DNA of 64,000 nt from an uncultured Rikenellaceae bacterium. Its GTDB lineage: Bacteria; Bacteroidota; Bacteroidia; Bacteroidales; VadinHA17. The translations under genes were made by a program, and so were the position numbers. The stretch spans positions 29,146 through 93,145 of the forward strand of contig CAZWLP010000001.1 in assembly GCA_964634565.1 (NCBI GenBank), in the 5' to 3' direction. A model generated the notes under the pieces. It was given only the letters and a program-made list of their open reading frames with translations, ran no database searches and was not told the origin of the DNA. Of the stretch, positions 59,435-64,000 are shown in pieces; positions within the stretch are counted from its first letter, which is position 1; the number at the start of each line of letters is the position of its first letter.

Positions 59435-60082
59435 ATGAAAAAGCTAAGAAACATATTAATAATTATCAGTGCTCTTTTAATTTTGGCTCCTGCTGCCAGG
59501 GCACAGGATTCAGATTATTTACCCAGCATGGTATTGAAAACTAACCCCCTTGCAGCACTTGGAGGTCCGATGTATATTGCCATAATACCAATCACAGGAG
59601 AGTATAAAGCTCTGTTTGAGCTAAAGACAACTGCAAAGCAATCCATTACCCTTGGAGCTTCATTCCTGGGACCCAGTTTATTAATCAACCTTGATCAACT
59701 CGCCACAGATGATGAAGGTATATCTCAGCTCAACACATCAGGTTTCAGGGGACAGCTATGGTATAAGTTTTACATCGGAAGGGATACCGAGGCCCCGAAA
59801 GGCTTCTACGTTGGTCCTCACTTCTCGTTTGCCAGCGCAAACCTGATTGTAAATGACGTAGATGAAAATAAGCTGGGTATTCAGAAAATAAACTTCAACG
59901 GTGTAATAGGATACCAGATTATTAGTGATGGAGGATTTGCTCTTGACATTTTTACAGGGCTAGGAGTAAAAAACATCAAATACACTATTGAAGGAGATAC
60001 CGAAGATATTATAGATGCTGAATTTGAGGATAAGTTTACTCCCGGGGTTGTTTTCGGTCTGAATTTCGGATACGCATTCTAA
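59435..60082 (+). CDS. DUF3575-like outer-membrane beta-barrel protein
   Basis: Signal peptide (ARA-Q), LKTNPL, GFYVGP, C-terminal GLNFGYAF. Confidence 0.65.
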   Translation: MKKLRNILIIISALLILAPAARAQDSDYLPSMVLKTNPLAALGGPMYIAIIPITGEYKALFELKTTAKQSITLGASFLGPSLLINLDQLATDDEGISQLNTSGFRGQLWYKFYIGRDTEAPKGFYVGPHFSFASANLIVNDVDENKLGIQKINFNGVIGYQIISDGGFALDIFTGLGVKNIKYTIEGDTEDIIDAEFEDKFTPGVVFGLNFGYAF

Positions 60083-60146
60083 GCTTATTCATATTGAAGC
60101 CGGGATATTAAATATATGATCCCTTCTTTCGCAGGGATTACAATAT

Positions 60147-60180
60147 GCAGGCTCCTATTCAGGGGCCTGCTTAATTTTTA
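60147..60180 (+). terminator. Probable terminator between the convergent DUF3575-like gene and aspS
   Basis: GCAGGCTCCT-ATTC-AGGGGCCTGC hairpin followed by TTAATTTTTA; overlaps the aspS stop codon. Confidence 0.5.
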
Positions 60181-61912
60181 TACCAAGCTCATTTAGTTGA
60201 TCTTCAGATATAGTTGCTGGCGAATCAATCATCACATCCCTTCCCTGGTTGTTCTTTGGGAAGGCTATATAATCTCTTATTGTCTCTGATCCGTCAAAGA
60301 GAGATACCATCCTGTCAAAGCCAAGTGCTATACCACCATGAGGGGGGGCTCCATATTTAAATGCATTAAGAATAAATCCGAATTGCTTTTCTGCTTCCTC
60401 CCTTGTAAAACCCAGGGTTTTAAACATCAGGCTCTGTAACTCTGAATCATGAATCCTGATCGATCCCCCTCCTATCTCCACTCCGTTTATTACCAGGTCA
60501 TGAGCAATAGCTTTTACCTTGCCGGGGTCGGTCTCCATAAGCGAAATATCTTCTTTTCTGGGTGAAGTAAAGGGGTGGTGCATAGCATGGTAACGACCAT
60601 ATTCCTTATCCCATTCAAGAAGGGGGAAATCCAATACCCAGAGGGGAACAAAATCCTCGGGGTCACGCAGGTCGAGCCTGTCGCCCATCTCCAGCCTGAG
60701 CACGCCAAGAGAATTCAGGGTATGAGCTCTCTCTCCTGCAAGTATTAGCAGAAGATCGCCAGGTTCAGCACCGGCAAACCTGAGCCATTCCCTTAAATCA
60801 TTTTCAGAGTAAAATTTATCGACAGACGACTTAACAGAACCGTCTTCATTATATTTCACGTAAACCAAGCCCTTAGCCCCGATCTGCTGACTCTTTACAA
60901 AGTCTGTAAGCTTATCCAGTTCCTTTCTGGAATATCCCGCACACCCGGCTGCATTAATAGCACCTACATATTCCGCATCGTCAAAAACAACAAAGTCATG
61001 ACCCTGAACAATGGAAGTTAAATTGGTAAATTCCATGCCAAAGCGCAGATCAGGCTTATCAGAACCATATTTCTCTAGCGCTTCATCATATGATATTCGG
61101 GGAAATTTATTATCTATTTCGACACCCTTAATTTCCCTGAATAAGTGCTTAAATAATCCTTCAAAGGTATTCAGTATATCTTCCTGTTCAACAAAGGAAA
61201 GTTCGCAGTCAACCTGGGTAAATTCGGGCTGACGGTCTGCCCTGAGATCTTCATCCCTGAAACATTTTACAATCTGAAAATACTTATCAAATCCTGAAAT
61301 CATCAAAAGCTGCTTAAAAGTCTGTGGTGACTGAGGTAAAGCATAAAACTCACCCTGGTTCATTCTTGACGGGACAACAAAATCCCGAGCACCCTCGGGT
61401 GTGGATTTAATAAGCACAGGGGTCTCTACCTCAATAAATCCTTCTCCGTCAAGATAGCGACGTACCTCCTGAGCCATTTTATGGCGATGAATAATACTCT
61501 GCTTAACCGGTTCGCGCCTCAGATCAAGATATCTGTACTTCATCCTTAGCTCATCACCTCCATCACTTTTATTCTCAATAGTAAACGGAGGCGTCTTACT
61601 GGAATTTAAAACAGTCAATTCTTTAACATCCAGCTCAATATCACCTGTAAGCATATTAGGGTTCTTGTTACTTCTCTCCATCACCTCTCCCTTAACCTGT
61701 ATAACAAACTCACGACCAAGCCTTCTTGCTTCTTCACATAACTCAGATCGTTTATCCATATTAAATACAAGCTGGGTCTTGCCATACCTGTCGCGCAGAT
61801 CGATAAAAGTCATTCCACCCAGGTCTCTCGACTTCTGAATCCATCCGCTTAATGTAACTTTTTCTCCTACATTGTTGATATTCAACTCTCCACAAGTGTG
61901 TGTCCTGTACAT
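60155..61912 (-). CDS. aspS: Aspartate--tRNA ligase (bacterial type)
   Basis: [56 protein letters not shown]. Start moved to 61912. Confidence 0.97.
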   Translation of the reverse strand: MYRTHTCGELNINNVGEKVTLSGWIQKSRDLGGMTFIDLRDRYGKTQLVFNMDKRSELCEEARRLGREFVIQVKGEVMERSNKNPNMLTGDIELDVKELTVLNSSKTPPFTIENKSDGGDELRMKYRYLDLRREPVKQSIIHRHKMAQEVRRYLDGEGFIEVETPVLIKSTPEGARDFVVPSRMNQGEFYALPQSPQTFKQLLMISGFDKYFQIVKCFRDEDLRADRQPEFTQVDCELSFVEQEDILNTFEGLFKHLFREIKGVEIDNKFPRISYDEALEKYGSDKPDLRFGMEFTNLTSIVQGHDFVVFDDAEYVGAINAAGCAGYSRKELDKLTDFVKSQQIGAKGLVYVKYNEDGSVKSSVDKFYSENDLREWLRFAGAEPGDLLLILAGERAHTLNSLGVLRLEMGDRLDLRDPEDFVPLWVLDFPLLEWDKEYGRYHAMHHPFTSPRKEDISLMETDPGKVKAIAHDLVINGVEIGGGSIRIHDSELQSLMFKTLGFTREEAEKQFGFILNAFKYGAPPHGGIALGFDRMVSLFDGSETIRDYIAFPKNNQGRDVMIDSPATISEDQLNELGIKIKQAPE

Positions 61913-61934
61913 TGCCCTGTTTTTTATATTTCTG

Positions 61935-61942
61935 CAAAGATA
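61935..61942 (-). promoter_or_regulatory. -7 element for aspS
   Basis: Minus strand TATCTTTG(CA), with a TTTG 21 nt upstream inside the heptamer tract. Confidence 0.6.
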
Positions 61943-61943
61943 G

Positions 61944-61978
61944 AAAAGATAAAAGACGAACGACAAAAGACAAAAGGC
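61944..61978. repeat. Degenerate heptamer tract (AAAAGAC-like) x5
   Basis: AAAAGAT AAAAGAC GAACGAC AAAAGAC AAAAGGC. Confidence 0.75.
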
Positions 61979-62091
61979 AAATGGAATAAAAAAGTTGAAC
62001 TGGGTTGAAAAGATTGAAAGCTAATTGAACATTATCCTGGACTTCTTCACCCCGTGCTCCATGCCCCCTGCCAATACTCAAACCTTTTTTA

Positions 62092-62099
62092 TACTTTTG
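62092..62099 (+). promoter_or_regulatory. -7 element for tadA
   Basis: TACTTTTG, 14 nt upstream of ATG 62114. Confidence 0.5.
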
Positions 62100-62113
62100 T
62101 ACAAACTACTTTA

Positions 62114-62569
62114 ATGGACGAGATTTTATCGGATGAATATTTTATGAAAGCAGCCCTGGGAGAAGCTAAGGAGGCATACTCCAGGGACGAGGTTCCTGTG
62201 GGTGCTGTTGTAGTATGCAATAACAAAATTATTGCCAGGGCACATAATCTGACCGAAACATTAAACGATCCCACAGCACATGCTGAGATGCAGGTTATAA
62301 CTGCAGCTACATCATATCTGGGTGGAAAATACCTGAAAGATTGTACAGTTTATATTACACTCGAACCATGTACAATGTGTGCAGGAGCTCTTTACTGGTG
62401 TCAGCCAGACAGGATAGTCTACGGCGCTAGTGACGGCAAGAAAGGATATACAGTTTTCAACAAACAGGTCCTTCACCCTAAAACACTTGTTAAACAAGGT
62501 GTTATGGAGAATGAATGTTCAGCAATACTTAAGGAATTCTTCGCTTCAAAAAGAGAAAATAATAAGTAA
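62114..62569 (+). CDS. tadA: tRNA adenosine(34) deaminase
   Basis: EVPVGAVVV, DPTAHAE, TLEPCTMCAGA. Likely ATG 62114. Confidence 0.9.
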   Translation: MDEILSDEYFMKAALGEAKEAYSRDEVPVGAVVVCNNKIIARAHNLTETLNDPTAHAEMQVITAATSYLGGKYLKDCTVYITLEPCTMCAGALYWCQPDRIVYGASDGKKGYTVFNKQVLHPKTLVKQGVMENECSAILKEFFASKRENNK

Positions 62570-62635
62570 GATATTATTGACATTTTATTGGACCATTTGA
62601 AAAAATTGATTTAGGTTTGTATAAAGAATTAACAG

Positions 62636-63115
62636 ATGACTTTCGATAATGGCAGAACAATTATAGCATTGAGGCTCAGGCTTTTTATAGCCACTGTTCT
62701 TCTGATTGTTTATTTATACCTGGTTTATTTCGGAAAAGAACTTCGCTTTCCTCTCCTTGGCCTGGAGGCTGGTGCATGGACCACAATTGTTCTGGCTATC
62801 TTTACTATTATCGCATTTTATCCCCTTGCACTCAATTACAGGTATTTTTATTTTTCTGACGATGGACCCGTACTGGTATTCCGGTATTATTCTGTAGGTT
62901 TTTTTGCAGGGAAAAAACAATCTGTTGAGATACCGAAAAATGAATTTGCAGGATATAAAACAGAAAATTACCTCGGACTTTTTAAAAAGATTATTCTCGC
63001 AAGAAAAATTGACAGGAAGATTGCCTATTATCCTTTAATACACCTTAGCTCACTTAAAAAAAAGGAAATAGTAAAACTCTTATCATCGCTTGATTCATTT
63101 TCACAGTCTAAATAA
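62636..63115 (+). CDS. Hypothetical membrane protein (2 TM + soluble beta domain)
   Basis: Clean 159-aa ORF in an otherwise empty interval; no family recognised. Confidence 0.6.
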   Translation: MTFDNGRTIIALRLRLFIATVLLIVYLYLVYFGKELRFPLLGLEAGAWTTIVLAIFTIIAFYPLALNYRYFYFSDDGPVLVFRYYSVGFFAGKKQSVEIPKNEFAGYKTENYLGLFKKIILARKIDRKIAYYPLIHLSSLKKKEIVKLLSSLDSFSQSK

Positions 63116-63204
63116 TTATAAACTTATGAGTTAAATCATTTTATTTGAATCAGGAAGAAGAGAATTTTGTCAAATAAATAATCAATATTTCTAATCCATA
63201 ATAA

Positions 63205-64000
<796 letters not shown>

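Overview
64 kb core-chromosome segment of a Bacteroidota bacterium, most likely an anaerobic Bacteroidales-type lineage. Support: TAnnTTTG -7 promoter boxes, a Bacteroidota-style dcw cluster without murF, a T9SS C-terminal domain, and Gln after signal peptides. I count 52 CDS, two cut by the window edges, and see no rRNA, tRNA, CRISPR array, transposase or integrase. Blocks: valS and housekeeping genes; a gatE-gatD operon; a complete dcw cluster (mraZ to ftsZ) with an MraZ operator; an acyltransferase pair resembling glycine-lipid glsA/glsB; purF; a six-gene locus with three nucleases, a TonB-dependent receptor and two DUF5689-like lipoproteins; an HMA lipoprotein/Tat Fe-S/NrfD/cytochrome c module; a TonB receptor with LytS/LytTR; miaB, aspS, tadA and a partial gdhA. 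Top signal: an intact GatDE Glu-tRNA(Gln) amidotransferase, described in the literature as archaea-specific, in a bacterial core region. Next are the SusD-less candidate extracellular-DNA utilisation locus, a quinol-oxidising module with no catalytic subunit and two Cys-substituted Fe-S motifs, and recurring intergenic heptamer repeats and hairpin-linker arrays. All family calls come from motif recognition by eye; no database search was run. Several start codons were moved from the ORF track to more plausible positions.
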